Of a DNA stretch of 64,000 nt, positions 19,951-28,961 are shown piece after piece (position 1 is the stretch's first letter; every line of letters starts with the position of its first letter). Origin of the DNA: Candidatus Moranbacteria bacterium GW2011_GWC2_40_12. Lineage in GTDB: Bacteria > Patescibacteriota > Minisyncoccia > Moranbacterales > UBA11712. Below the pieces are notes generated by a model that had not been told where the DNA came from, did not search any database, and was given only the letters and a program-made list of their open reading frames with translations. The position numbers and the translations under genes were made by a program. The stretch lies in assembly GCA_000995965.1 (NCBI GenBank), contig LBYD01000002.1:71889-135888 (forward strand), given 5' to 3'.

Positions 19951-20322
19951 TCACAGATCCAGCTCCCTTAGAATTTCTTCCGGGATCGGGTCTCTTTTGG
20001 GGCTTACGCCCGGATACCGCCACGCACTGATCAAGCGAATTTTCTGAAGACCAATAGTTTTTTGATTCTCGCTCTCGGATTTTCCTTTGCTTTGATACAT
20101 TGCCCAAATTTCACGCGTCCAGACTCTTTTTCCGTCTTTCGTGATCAATGAGCTTGGCTGCATCACGGCAACGGTATTTTTAACGATTCCTTCCTCCACT
20201 CTCTGCGGATTTTTCACCACGCGCAAAATTCTTTGAGCCGTGAGGCCGTATTGTTTCATTTTGATAACTGCGTGCCGCGTCCATTCATACTTTTCCGTGT
20301 TTTTAGGGGCTTTGAATTGCAT
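19951..20322 (-). CDS. Hypothetical protein (DUF4258/RelE-like pattern)
   Basis: WTRHAVIKM...EIWAMY...RLISAWRYPG. Confidence 0.6.
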   Translation of the reverse strand: MQFKAPKNTEKYEWTRHAVIKMKQYGLTAQRILRVVKNPQRVEEGIVKNTVAVMQPSSLITKDGKRVWTREIWAMYQSKGKSESENQKTIGLQKIRLISAWRYPGVSPKRDPIPEEILRELDL

Positions 20323-20352
20323 AATGACTCGGGCTTGGCTTTCGGAAAGCAA

Positions 20353-21234
20353 CTACACATCCATTCCCCGCAAAGCCTTTACCCGTTCCGCAATGGATGG
20401 ATGGGTCATGAAAAACGAAGATATTTTTTTGCCCTTGAAGGGATTGGCGATGAAGAGATGGGCTGTGGCGCGGTTAGCGCTGCGCAATGGCGTTGGATCC
20501 GCGGAAATTTTCTCGAGTGCGCTCGCGAGGCCTTCGGGATAGCGCGTAAGCAAAGCGCCGGATGCGTCGGCGAGATATTCACGTTTGCGGGAAACAGCCA
20601 GCTGGATAAGAGTTGCAGCAAATGGAGCAAGGATGGCCAAAACGACCGCTAAAATCAAAAATACAGGGCTCCTGCCCCGGTCTTCGCTGTCTCCTCCAAA
20701 CCACACCCAGCGTCGCAACCAGTCGGCCATCAGCGCAACAAAGCCGACCAGCACGACAATGACCGTCGAGAGAAGCATATCGCGATTGCCGATGTGCGAA
20801 AGTTCGTGGGCAATCACGCCCTCGAGTTCTTTTTTCTCGAGCCTTTCAATCAATCCCGCCGTGAGCGCGATAACCGCGTGCTGGGGATTGCGGCCGGTCG
20901 CAAACGCGTTTGGAGACGGGTCCTGTATGACGTATATTTTCGGAACGGGAAGACCGGCTGTGATGCAAAGATTTTCGACAATGTGATATATTTCTTTTGC
21001 ATTGTCGTGCGTAACTTCCTTGGCGCCGCTCATTGCCAGCACAATTTTATCGCTCCACCAGTATGATGCAACACTTATCAGCGTGCTGAAAACGACTGCC
21101 GCGACAAGGATCGCCGAGTTATTCATTGCGCCCGCGAAAACATATCCTACCCCGATAACGAATATCAAAAAACCCGTTATATATATCCAAGTCAGGCGGG
21201 TATTTTTATCAGCTTGGGTGTAGATTGTTGCCAT
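20353..21234 (-). CDS. htpX: M48 zinc metalloprotease HtpX
   Basis: PNAFATG, HELSH, SRKREYLAD and THP motifs. Confidence 0.93.
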   Translation of the reverse strand: MATIYTQADKNTRLTWIYITGFLIFVIGVGYVFAGAMNNSAILVAAVVFSTLISVASYWWSDKIVLAMSGAKEVTHDNAKEIYHIVENLCITAGLPVPKIYVIQDPSPNAFATGRNPQHAVIALTAGLIERLEKKELEGVIAHELSHIGNRDMLLSTVIVVLVGFVALMADWLRRWVWFGGDSEDRGRSPVFLILAVVLAILAPFAATLIQLAVSRKREYLADASGALLTRYPEGLASALEKISADPTPLRSANRATAHLFIANPFKGKKISSFFMTHPSIAERVKALRGMDV

Positions 21235-21242
21235 AAATTTCA

Positions 21243-21375
21243 AAAATCCTAAATCCTAAGCACCAAACTCTAAACAAATTCAAATTTTCAAAACCCAAAA
21301 TTCAAAACGTTTTGGATTTTGATTCTTAGAATTTTGATATTATTTAGGATTTCGATATTAGGATTTAGGATTTCA
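21243..21375. repeat. Heptamer-periodic imperfect inverted repeat (aaatcct / aggattt)
   Basis: aaatcctaaatcctaa... mirrored by ...ttaggatttaggattt. Confidence 0.75.
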
Positions 21376-21379
21376 ATTC

Positions 21380-21928
21380 CTAAAATTCCACTTTTACATT
21401 CTCCTTCTCTCCCGCTTCCGCCTCAAAAAATTCGCGGGCGGAAAATCCCAGCATGCCAGCAAACATATTATTCGGAAAGACTTGAATCTTCGTGTTGAAG
21501 TCGCGGACATTTCCGTTATAGAACCTTCGGGAAGCCTGGATCTTGTCCTCCGTGTCGGTGAGTTCTCGTTGGAGCTCGAGAAAATTCTGATTTGCTTTGA
21601 GATCGGGATAGGCTTCGGCAACCGCGAACAAGCTTTTGAGGGTGTCCGAAAGCATATTTTCGGCTTGCGCCTTATCGGCCGCCGATTGGGCTCCCATCGC
21701 CCTTGTCCGGGCTTCCGTCACTTTTTCGAATACTTCTTTTTCGTGAGTGGCATAACCCTTGACTGTCGAAACCAGGTTCGGAATGAGATCGTAGCGCCTT
21801 TTGAGCTGGACATCGATGTCGCTCCAAGCTTCATCTACCCGGTTTTTGAGCCGAATAAGCCCATTGTAGATCGCAATCGCCCAAACAATAAGGACGACGA
21901 TAATCCCCAATATTACCAACGTAATCAT
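21380..21928 (-). CDS. lemA: LemA family protein
   Basis: AWSDIDVQLKRRYDLIPNLV, AEAYPDLKAN and RRFYN. Confidence 0.95.
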   Translation of the reverse strand: MITLVILGIIVVLIVWAIAIYNGLIRLKNRVDEAWSDIDVQLKRRYDLIPNLVSTVKGYATHEKEVFEKVTEARTRAMGAQSAADKAQAENMLSDTLKSLFAVAEAYPDLKANQNFLELQRELTDTEDKIQASRRFYNGNVRDFNTKIQVFPNNMFAGMLGFSAREFFEAEAGEKENVKVEF

Positions 21929-21985
21929 GACTATTGCTAATTAATGCTTAATAATCAATTTTAATAAAAATAATGAGCCGAAAGG

Positions 21986-22978
21986 CTACTGACCATTGTT
22001 TGCCGGTTCTTGTTCACTGCTTCTCTCTATCGCCGCTCTTATTAGTACGCGAGAGATCGATATATTTTCCCTTACTCTGTCTCCCTGATTTCCTAAATAA
22101 CTGGCTGATGAATTTCTGACAACATCGAGATTAGCTTTGCTGTCCTGCGCCCCGGCCACAATTCCTGATTCAATGCCGATCATCCCCTTCAGCTCATTTT
22201 TGAATATCCAGCCGAACTGAACCAGTAAGACTAAGATTAGCACCACCGACATCGAGAAAGCAAATTTTGGAAAAAATCCCATCCGTGATTCAACCGGAAC
22301 AAAATTTGGCGACGGGTCTTCCGTTCTGATTGCCCAATTCGGATTGTTCACAGATTTTTCTATCGGCAACGGCTGATTTTTTCTCTCAAGAGAATATTTT
22401 TTTATTTTTGAGATATTCGGAGTCTTTCTTGAGAACGCCGGCTTCGCGTTTCTATTTATTTTCAGGTTTATCGTTTCCATCTTCCTCTCTGCTGCAAAAG
22501 ATTTTTGGAGAACCGGTCTGGGGTTTGCGATCCCCAGCAATATATTTTTTGTCTCTTCTCTTTTCACACTCAAAACCTCGTTCTTTTTTTGCATCGGTTC
22601 CTTCCGCGCAGAAACAGCGCTTGGCAGAGCCTTCACGCCGACTTCTTCTTGATTTTTCTCCAATGGTTTCGCGATCCTAATTTGATGTTCCGCGATTTTC
22701 TCAAGAGGCGATGTTCCTTTGGCAACGATTTTTTCTTTTTGGTTGATTTTTTCCGTGTCCGACACCACGGACGAGTCAAGGTTTTTTGCTTCCGCTTTTC
22801 TCGCCTCCGCATCAGATAAAAACTCTGAAAACCATTCTACTTTCGTATACCATCGCTTGCCAATCCGGATTGAACCGATGTCGCCGCGGCGCGCCAAAAG
22901 TCCCAAATACTCCTGGGCATATTTTTTTTCTTTGGCAATCGCAGAAAGCAAAACAAATTTTTTCTTGAAATCCTCCAT
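21986..22978 (-). CDS. Excisionase-like HTH + disordered linker + single TM protein
   Basis: YAQEYLGLLARRGDIGSIRIGKRWY at the N-terminus; TM FAFSMSVVLILVLLVQFGWIF. Confidence 0.65.
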   Translation of the reverse strand: MEDFKKKFVLLSAIAKEKKYAQEYLGLLARRGDIGSIRIGKRWYTKVEWFSEFLSDAEARKAEAKNLDSSVVSDTEKINQKEKIVAKGTSPLEKIAEHQIRIAKPLEKNQEEVGVKALPSAVSARKEPMQKKNEVLSVKREETKNILLGIANPRPVLQKSFAAERKMETINLKINRNAKPAFSRKTPNISKIKKYSLERKNQPLPIEKSVNNPNWAIRTEDPSPNFVPVESRMGFFPKFAFSMSVVLILVLLVQFGWIFKNELKGMIGIESGIVAGAQDSKANLDVVRNSSASYLGNQGDRVRENISISRVLIRAAIERSSEQEPANNGQ

Positions 22979-23167
22979 GACGAAATAATAACACAAAATA
23001 AAATTTCAAGCTACTGCCAGCAACCCGATATTTATCCATCGCCACAACAAAATAGTGCATCAACCAATAAACTGGAAACCGAAATATCGGGTTGCGGCGC
23101 GGATTCAACTTCAATTTTCATAAAAAGAAAATTTGCGGAAAATAAGCTATTTTGGTAAAATTCACCC

Positions 23168-23611
23168 ATGGACTGGAAAAATTATATTGTCATCATCGTT
23201 CCAATCACTATCGGGCTTTTCACCCAGGCTTTGAAATTTTTTCTTTATTCCCTGAAACACGGCTTCAAATGGGAATATGCCTTCACTCATGGCCACATGC
23301 CCAGCGCCCATACAGCCTTTGTTGTTTCAACCCTCACCAGTATTGGTTATTTCGAAGGAACAAACTCAGGCGTCTTTGCGCTGGCTTTCATTTTCGCCTT
23401 CATTATTATCGATGATGCCGTCCGCCTCCGGGTATTTCTGGGAGACCAGGGAAGATACCTGAATATGCTGGTCGACCAGCTCCCCGTAAACAAGAAAAAA
23501 TTCCCTCGCCTGAAGGAAAGAATTGGCCACCGTATTCCGGAGGTGATCATCGGCGGTGCTATCGGACTTATTTTTTCATTTGCTCTGATAAAACTTCTCG
23601 AATCACTTTAG
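23168..23611 (+). CDS. Divergent PAP2 (DUF212) family protein
   Basis: GHMPSAHTA, DDAVRLR and LKERIGH..PEV. Confidence 0.88.
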   Translation: MDWKNYIVIIVPITIGLFTQALKFFLYSLKHGFKWEYAFTHGHMPSAHTAFVVSTLTSIGYFEGTNSGVFALAFIFAFIIIDDAVRLRVFLGDQGRYLNMLVDQLPVNKKKFPRLKERIGHRIPEVIIGGAIGLIFSFALIKLLESL

Positions 23612-24875
23612 GGTCATTCCAGCGTATTCTTTCATCTCCAACGGCCATCGTTTCTTCCGCTCCTTTTCCGGTGACGACCACGACATCTCCGCGCTTTGCA
23701 ATTTGCAGGGCTTTTTTGATGGCCTCTCTCCGATCAAAAATACGCCAGGAATTTTCGTTTTCTTTTTTATGCTTCAAAACTCCAGCAAAAACTTCGTCAA
23801 TAATTTTTTGCGGATCTTCATTATATGGATCTTCATTTGTGACAATGCAAAAGTCTGTGTGCCGAGCCACAACTTCACCCATAATCGGCCGCTTGCCACG
23901 GTCCCTCTCTCCGCAGGAGCCGAATACCGCGATAACTTTCGTATATTCTCCCTTCAGCATACTTATATAATTATATAACTTTTTGAGGGAATCCGGCGTC
24001 ACGGCGTAATCGACGATTATTTCGAGGCCGCGATCGTTTTCGATCCGTTCCATCCTTCCCGGGACACCTTTTATCTTCGAAAGCGCTTCGGAAATTTTGG
24101 GAAGAGCAATGTTTTGCGAAAGTCCTGCGCACGTCGCCGCGAGAACGTTTTCGATATTAAATTCCCCCGGCAAGTTAAGTTGAAAGTTAGTCTCTAGTAT
24201 CTGAAACTTAGTATTTTGTATGCCTAGCTCTATATTTTTCGCCTCAATAAACTTGATTTTTTCAGCCAGAGGCTGATCCGCCTTTGGCGGAGATTTTTGA
24301 TTTTCTAAAAAATATCCATATTTCTCCTTCGCCTCATATTTCAAAAATTCCTCCGCCTTTTCCATCCCCAAATTCACTACTGCCGCCCCATTTTTATTTC
24401 TTGAAATCATTGCAAATAATTTTTCCTTCGCTTTTCTGTATTTTGACATTGTTTCATGATAATCGAGGTGCTCACGCGAAATATTTGTAATAACCGCCAC
24501 GTCAAATTTCACTCCCCAGGCTCGATTTTGGTCCAATGAGTGCGAAGTCACTTCGACAATGATATATTCACATTCCGCCAAAGCCGCTTTTTTCAGGAAT
24601 TCCTGCAGCTTGAAACTGGAAAAAGTCGTGAATTTCGTGTCGTTTACCCACTCTTTATCGCCGATTTTGAAATTGATCGTTGAAGCCATCGCGACTTTGT
24701 GACCGGCCTCTTCAAGGATTTTGGAAATCATCTGGCAAGTCGTCGTCTTCCCGTTCGTTCCCGTCACCCCGATAACTTTCAGTTTCCTCGACGGAAAACC
24801 GTACCAAACATTGGCCAGAATCGCCTGAAATAAATGGTATATATTTTTGATAGATTGAGGAATAAATTTCTTCAT
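23568..24875 (-). CDS. murE: UDP-MurNAc-tripeptide synthetase (MurE-like)
   Basis: GVTGTNGKTTT, EVTSH, TNISREHLDYH, GRME, DYA, DRGKRPIMG and TGKG. Confidence 0.9.
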   Translation of the reverse strand: MKKFIPQSIKNIYHLFQAILANVWYGFPSRKLKVIGVTGTNGKTTTCQMISKILEEAGHKVAMASTINFKIGDKEWVNDTKFTTFSSFKLQEFLKKAALAECEYIIVEVTSHSLDQNRAWGVKFDVAVITNISREHLDYHETMSKYRKAKEKLFAMISRNKNGAAVVNLGMEKAEEFLKYEAKEKYGYFLENQKSPPKADQPLAEKIKFIEAKNIELGIQNTKFQILETNFQLNLPGEFNIENVLAATCAGLSQNIALPKISEALSKIKGVPGRMERIENDRGLEIIVDYAVTPDSLKKLYNYISMLKGEYTKVIAVFGSCGERDRGKRPIMGEVVARHTDFCIVTNEDPYNEDPQKIIDEVFAGVLKHKKENENSWRIFDRREAIKKALQIAKRGDVVVVTGKGAEETMAVGDERIRWNDPKVIREVLSEQMKK

Positions 24876-24910
24876 TTTCCTAGTGAGCTAAGTCGGGCTT
24901 AGCTCAGTCA

Positions 24911-25930
24911 TTATAAAAGTCTTTTTATTTTCTGCAATACTTTATACAACCGGTATTTTCCTGGGTTCATCACAATATCCCAGCATCCTGGGAATTGAAT
25001 TGGTTCAACTCCCGACGCAAAACCGGTTTTGAATTTTGTGACTCCTGCCCAAGATCTGCCGCCTGTATCTTCAACTTTCACACCTCCGAAATCATATCGC
25101 TCGCATCCTGCTTTTTTCGCGTCGATAATCTGCTGCCACTGCAAAAGATATGGCGCCATAACTTCGCGGTGAATATTATCCGATGCGCCGTGCAAATAAG
25201 TCGCCGTTTTTCCGAAAAATAAAACCAGATTCGCGGCGATAACTTTTCCATTATATTCCGCGATATATAATTTAAGAATATCGCCAGGAATCGTTTCAAA
25301 CATTTTTCGGTAATAATTTTCCGGATGGGAAGTTATTTTGTCCCGCCCGGCGGTTATTTTAACCAACCGACAAAATTCATCTATATATTTTTCTTGCCGC
25401 GAAGAATGAACCACAATATTTTTTTTCTTTGCCAATTTGATGTTGTAGCGAGTTTTCTGCTTCATTCTTGCCAGTAATTCATCTTCATTTTTCGAAATAT
25501 CTAGGATTAAACTTTCTTTCGGCTGAACATCCACTGGCGCTTTTTTTATTTTAATATCACTCGATAAATTTTCTCTAACCAATTTCAACTCTTCCTCACT
25601 GTTTGGTTCTATTCTTACCCATCCAGCATTATTTTTTTGAACGATACCAATTAGATCATTCAGAAATTGTTTGAAAATTGAAAATTGAAAATTGAAAATT
25701 TTGATGACCGGTCCGCGCGGCACATAAAAATAATCCCCGACGATAGGCAAACCATGCGTTATGATACTAGCATGAACCAAAATTTCTCCTTCACCATCAC
25801 TTGCGGAAATATTATGTGTTTTTCGCCCTACGCTTTCCTGAAACTTCCGCCAATGATCCGATTGCAAAAAACTTCCGTCTGGCGAATTAGCTTGAACAAA
25901 ATTTAGAGACTTGTCATTCATAAATATCAT
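24911..25930 (-). CDS. FemABX family peptidoglycan bridge aminoacyltransferase
   Basis: FLQS..W, YVPRGP, KTRYNIK.A, YLHGAS, YDFGG and FKTGF. Confidence 0.9.
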   Translation of the reverse strand: MIFMNDKSLNFVQANSPDGSFLQSDHWRKFQESVGRKTHNISASDGEGEILVHASIITHGLPIVGDYFYVPRGPVIKIFNFQFSIFKQFLNDLIGIVQKNNAGWVRIEPNSEEELKLVRENLSSDIKIKKAPVDVQPKESLILDISKNEDELLARMKQKTRYNIKLAKKKNIVVHSSRQEKYIDEFCRLVKITAGRDKITSHPENYYRKMFETIPGDILKLYIAEYNGKVIAANLVLFFGKTATYLHGASDNIHREVMAPYLLQWQQIIDAKKAGCERYDFGGVKVEDTGGRSWAGVTKFKTGFASGVEPIQFPGCWDIVMNPGKYRLYKVLQKIKRLL

Positions 25931-26496
25931 TTCCCCAAATTCTTGAGTGCCGCTTTTATTCTACCCGACATATCTTTTTCATCCTTCGGCACACTTTTCA
26001 GGGCTTCGCGGGCCTGGGAAACAGAATATCCCAGAGAAACAAGCGCCTCAATAGCTTCTGAATCAGCTTTGGCCTCCCTTTGGTCTTCGCCGGGAAGCTC
26101 CGCAATCCTGTTTTTGAGTTCGAGAATGACTCGCTCGGCTGTCTTCTTTCCCACTCCCGAAACACGGGTGAGGATCGAAGAATCGCCTGATATAACCGCC
26201 GCCCGGATCGTTTTCGGTTCCGCAATGGAAAGGATTCCGACCGCCGCTTTTGGCCCAATCCCGGAGATGGAAATGAGGAGCTCGAACATTTCCAGCTCGT
26301 CCGGAATCAAAAAACCGTAAAGTGATAAAGTGTCCTCGCGGACATAGGTATGCGTGTACAATTCTATTTCTTTTTTTCCGGCGATTTTTCCCATCGTAAA
26401 ATCGGTGACGAATATTTTATATCCGACGCCGGAAACGTCCACGACGACGTAGTTATCGCGAAAAAAGGCGATTTTCCCCGTTATTTTGGCTATCAT
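25927..26496 (-). CDS. ruvA: Holliday junction branch migration protein RuvA
   Basis: MIAKITG, GVGY, VREDTLSLYGF, GIGPK and GVGKKTAERVILEL. Confidence 0.96.
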   Translation of the reverse strand: MIAKITGKIAFFRDNYVVVDVSGVGYKIFVTDFTMGKIAGKKEIELYTHTYVREDTLSLYGFLIPDELEMFELLISISGIGPKAAVGILSIAEPKTIRAAVISGDSSILTRVSGVGKKTAERVILELKNRIAELPGEDQREAKADSEAIEALVSLGYSVSQAREALKSVPKDEKDMSGRIKAALKNLGK

Positions 26497-26671
26497 TGAT
26501 TATAGTATAAAGTATTTTGTATAAAGTATAAAGTATTTCTCCGTGGTAATCCGCTCTTTACAAAAATAGCCGGCTGTGTTAGAAATATAGAGTGTTTTAT
26601 ATAAATTTTTAGATTTTCAATTGTCATTTTGCATTTTGATTTTTGCATTTTGATTTTGAACGAAGTGAATT

Positions 26672-26938
26672 ATGCCGATTAAGCAAAGTGCCAAAAAATA
26701 TCTGCGCGCTTCGACAAAACGGGCCGCGCAAAACCTCTCGATCAAAAAAGCTTTCAAAGACGCGGTAAAAAAACTCAATGAGCTCGCTAAAGCGGGGAAG
26801 ATTGAAGATGCCAAAAAAATGTTCCCGACCGTCCAGAAAGCGCTCGACAAAGCCGCCAAAGTCGGCGTCATCGCCAAGCGCGCCGCCGCCCGCAAAAAAT
26901 CGCGGCTCGTGAAGATGATGAAGAAAGCTGGGAAATAA
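26672..26938 (+). CDS. rpsT: 30S ribosomal protein S20
   Basis: MPIKQSAKK...LDKAAKVGVI...AARKKSRL. Confidence 0.96.
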   Translation: MPIKQSAKKYLRASTKRAAQNLSIKKAFKDAVKKLNELAKAGKIEDAKKMFPTVQKALDKAAKVGVIAKRAAARKKSRLVKMMKKAGK

Positions 26939-26953
26939 TTCGGCTTTTCTCTT

Positions 26954-26982
26954 TTGACATATAAAAACTGCTTTGATAAAAT
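26954..26982 (+). promoter_or_regulatory. sigma70 promoter
   Basis: TTGACA, 17-nt spacer ending TGA, TAAAAT; upstream of two small membrane ORFs. Confidence 0.7.
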
Positions 26983-27011
26983 AGAAATATCAAACAAAAA
27001 TCAGAGAAGAA

Positions 27012-27212
27012 ATGAACTCGTCTCCATCTAAAGCAACAATCCTATCTGAAATATCCCGTGACATTGCACAAGTGTTTTTTGCTTCGATGTTCGTTGGCCC
27101 CATCATAAGTGATGCTGTCAGCTGGCCGATAGTTTTTTCCGGGTTGGCCCTTTCGTTTTCCTGCTGGCTGCTGAGCTTATCCGTCGTCGTCAAAGAAAAA
27201 TCTTATGAATAA
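27012..27212 (+). CDS. Small 2-TM hypothetical protein
   Basis: 66 aa, hydrophobic, with its own promoter. Confidence 0.6.
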   Translation: MNSSPSKATILSEISRDIAQVFFASMFVGPIISDAVSWPIVFSGLALSFSCWLLSLSVVVKEKSYE

Positions 27213-27306
27213 TATTTACCAAATTATGACCAGCCTCTATATTCTCGGCGCCTTGGTTGTCATTGCCTTGGCTTTGGCCATCATTGCTTTCAAGAAAAAA
27301 AGTTAA
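27205..27306 (+). CDS. 33-aa single-TM peptide (absent from the ORF track)
   Basis: MNNIYQIMTSLYILGALVVIALALAIIAFKKKS; overlaps the upstream stop; terminator at about 27357-27389. Confidence 0.55.
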   Translation: MNNIYQIMTSLYILGALVVIALALAIIAFKKKS

Positions 27307-27419
27307 TTTCATCTCCTAAAGAAAAAATAATCTTTGCATTATTTTGGTATAAGAAGATCGCGCCCGGATTTTTCCAAGCGCGATTTTTTATTTTTCTAAT
27401 CTCCGAGATTAGAATTCAA

Positions 27420-27887
27420 TCAGTCCGGATATATTGCTTCTCCGGAGGTTAGCTCCAGCCCGACGAATAACTTTGTCATTCCGTCAGAGATATGTTTCTT
27501 GTCTTTTTTCTTCATGCGTTTCCATTTTGCTTGAGCGATCGTCAAGCTCTCCTTGATACGCCCCAGCATATATATAACTACCCTTGCGTCTTCAGGAGCA
27601 TCATTGGCCAAGAGGACAGCGGCTCGATCAAAACCGTGCTGACAATGGAAAATTGAAAGAAGACCCAAGATGGAATGCATGATGTTTTTGAATCCTCTCC
27701 TTCTTTTGTGGATATAAGCCAGGAAAGCAATATCCGCGATGAGCTCCCATTCATATTTCACAGCCCCCGTATGCTTCTTGGAATATTCATTGATAACCCA
27801 AATTATTTCAGTCAATGAAGTCTCGGCATCAAAACCTTTGATTTCAACCAGAAGTTCTTCACTTAGCATCTCTTTCTCTCCCCTCAC
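27420..27887 (-). CDS. Hypothetical protein
   Basis: 155-aa ORF coupled to the upstream gene. Confidence 0.55.
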   Translation of the reverse strand: MRGEKEMLSEELLVEIKGFDAETSLTEIIWVINEYSKKHTGAVKYEWELIADIAFLAYIHKRRRGFKNIMHSILGLLSIFHCQHGFDRAAVLLANDAPEDARVVIYMLGRIKESLTIAQAKWKRMKKKDKKHISDGMTKLFVGLELTSGEAIYPD

Positions 27888-28405
27888 AACCCCAGCTCTT
27901 TTTCCAGAGCGGCGATTTGTATTTCAATAGCGTTTTTGGTTTGTGATGCGTCCGCAAGTTTGGCTTTTAAGTCAATCCATTTTCCGATCTTGTCGAGATG
28001 TTCGCGCAAATACGTGCCATCATCTTCTTTGTTTGCGATCGTACTAAGATTCTTCAGCAAATCAGCAAACTTCGGATATTTTTCGATGATTTTGCGAGCG
28101 TCTTCAATCGCGCATTCGGGCAATAAGTCCAGATCTACCACATGAACATACTTCCGGTACACATATCCGGTCAACGAAATGGAAATCATAAATGCGAAGG
28201 TTGCTGCGCCAGACATGGCAAGTGCAATGATCGTTGAATTTATCACGTCCCATCTCATTTTAAACCAAAATATTATTACACCCGGAATGATCAAGTCAAC
28301 CAGTATGGCTAATCCAGCTCCATATTCCAAGGCTGCTTTATGAATCTTTGGGTGCGCTAAGTACCACCGCGCCACTTTCCTTTGAAACGGAGTGAGTTTT
28401 TTCAT
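27884..28405 (-). CDS. 2-TM hypothetical protein with C-terminal coiled coil
   Basis: AGGAGG SD, ATGA overlap and two hydrophobic segments. Confidence 0.65.
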   Translation of the reverse strand: MKKLTPFQRKVARWYLAHPKIHKAALEYGAGLAILVDLIIPGVIIFWFKMRWDVINSTIIALAMSGAATFAFMISISLTGYVYRKYVHVVDLDLLPECAIEDARKIIEKYPKFADLLKNLSTIANKEDDGTYLREHLDKIGKWIDLKAKLADASQTKNAIEIQIAALEKELGL

Positions 28406-28680
28406 TGATTCCTCCTAATGATGCAGTTTAGATCCTCTACGAGCCCCTGCTGCTTCGTGAATATGACAAACCCTATCTCAAGCTTTTTCAGCTCCGCCAC
28501 CCAGGGGTAGAACTCAACCTTCATAAGATAAATCCGAACTCCGTTGTCAGTTATGGTCATACCATCATATAGCCATAGATTCTTTAGATCGGCGGATGAA
28601 ATATAGGCGACACGATCATTTTCTACTCCCCGCAAAACATTGTTTCCTAAAACAACCTCGTATAGGATTCTCGGGGCCAT
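28402..28680 (-). CDS. Hypothetical protein
   Basis: AAGGAG SD before MAPRIL. Confidence 0.55.
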   Translation of the reverse strand: MAPRILYEVVLGNNVLRGVENDRVAYISSADLKNLWLYDGMTITDNGVRIYLMKVEFYPWVAELKKLEIGFVIFTKQQGLVEDLNCIIRRNQ

Positions 28681-28856
28681 AGTGTCTCCTTTATTCAATT
28701 GTTAAACAACAGCTCTTTATAGGTATATCCCGAATTATTGTCAATATAATTTACTATTTTTATGCAATTTATCGCTTTTATATCCGTATTAATTGATTAT
28801 TATTTTCTATTGTTGACAATTTTGTTGACAGCATAATTTGTTAATGATACTCTTTT

Positions 28857-28936
28857 GTCATCCCCGCGAAAGCGGGGATCCAGGGATTTTACACTTAACG
28901 ATATTCAACTGGATCCCGGATCAAGTCCGGGATGAC
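28857..28936. repeat. REP/RPE-like palindromic element
   Basis: gtcatccccgcgaaagcggggatccag-N-ctggatcccggatcaagtccgggatgac: nested hairpins with GTCATCC/GGATGAC ends. Confidence 0.85.
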
Positions 28937-28961
28937 AAAGCGAAAAAACAATGAAAAACCT

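Noticed and set aside
21243-21375. CRISPR array
   Set aside because: The repeats are degenerate 7-mers without unique spacers, and no cas genes or regular repeat-spacer pattern were seen in the window.
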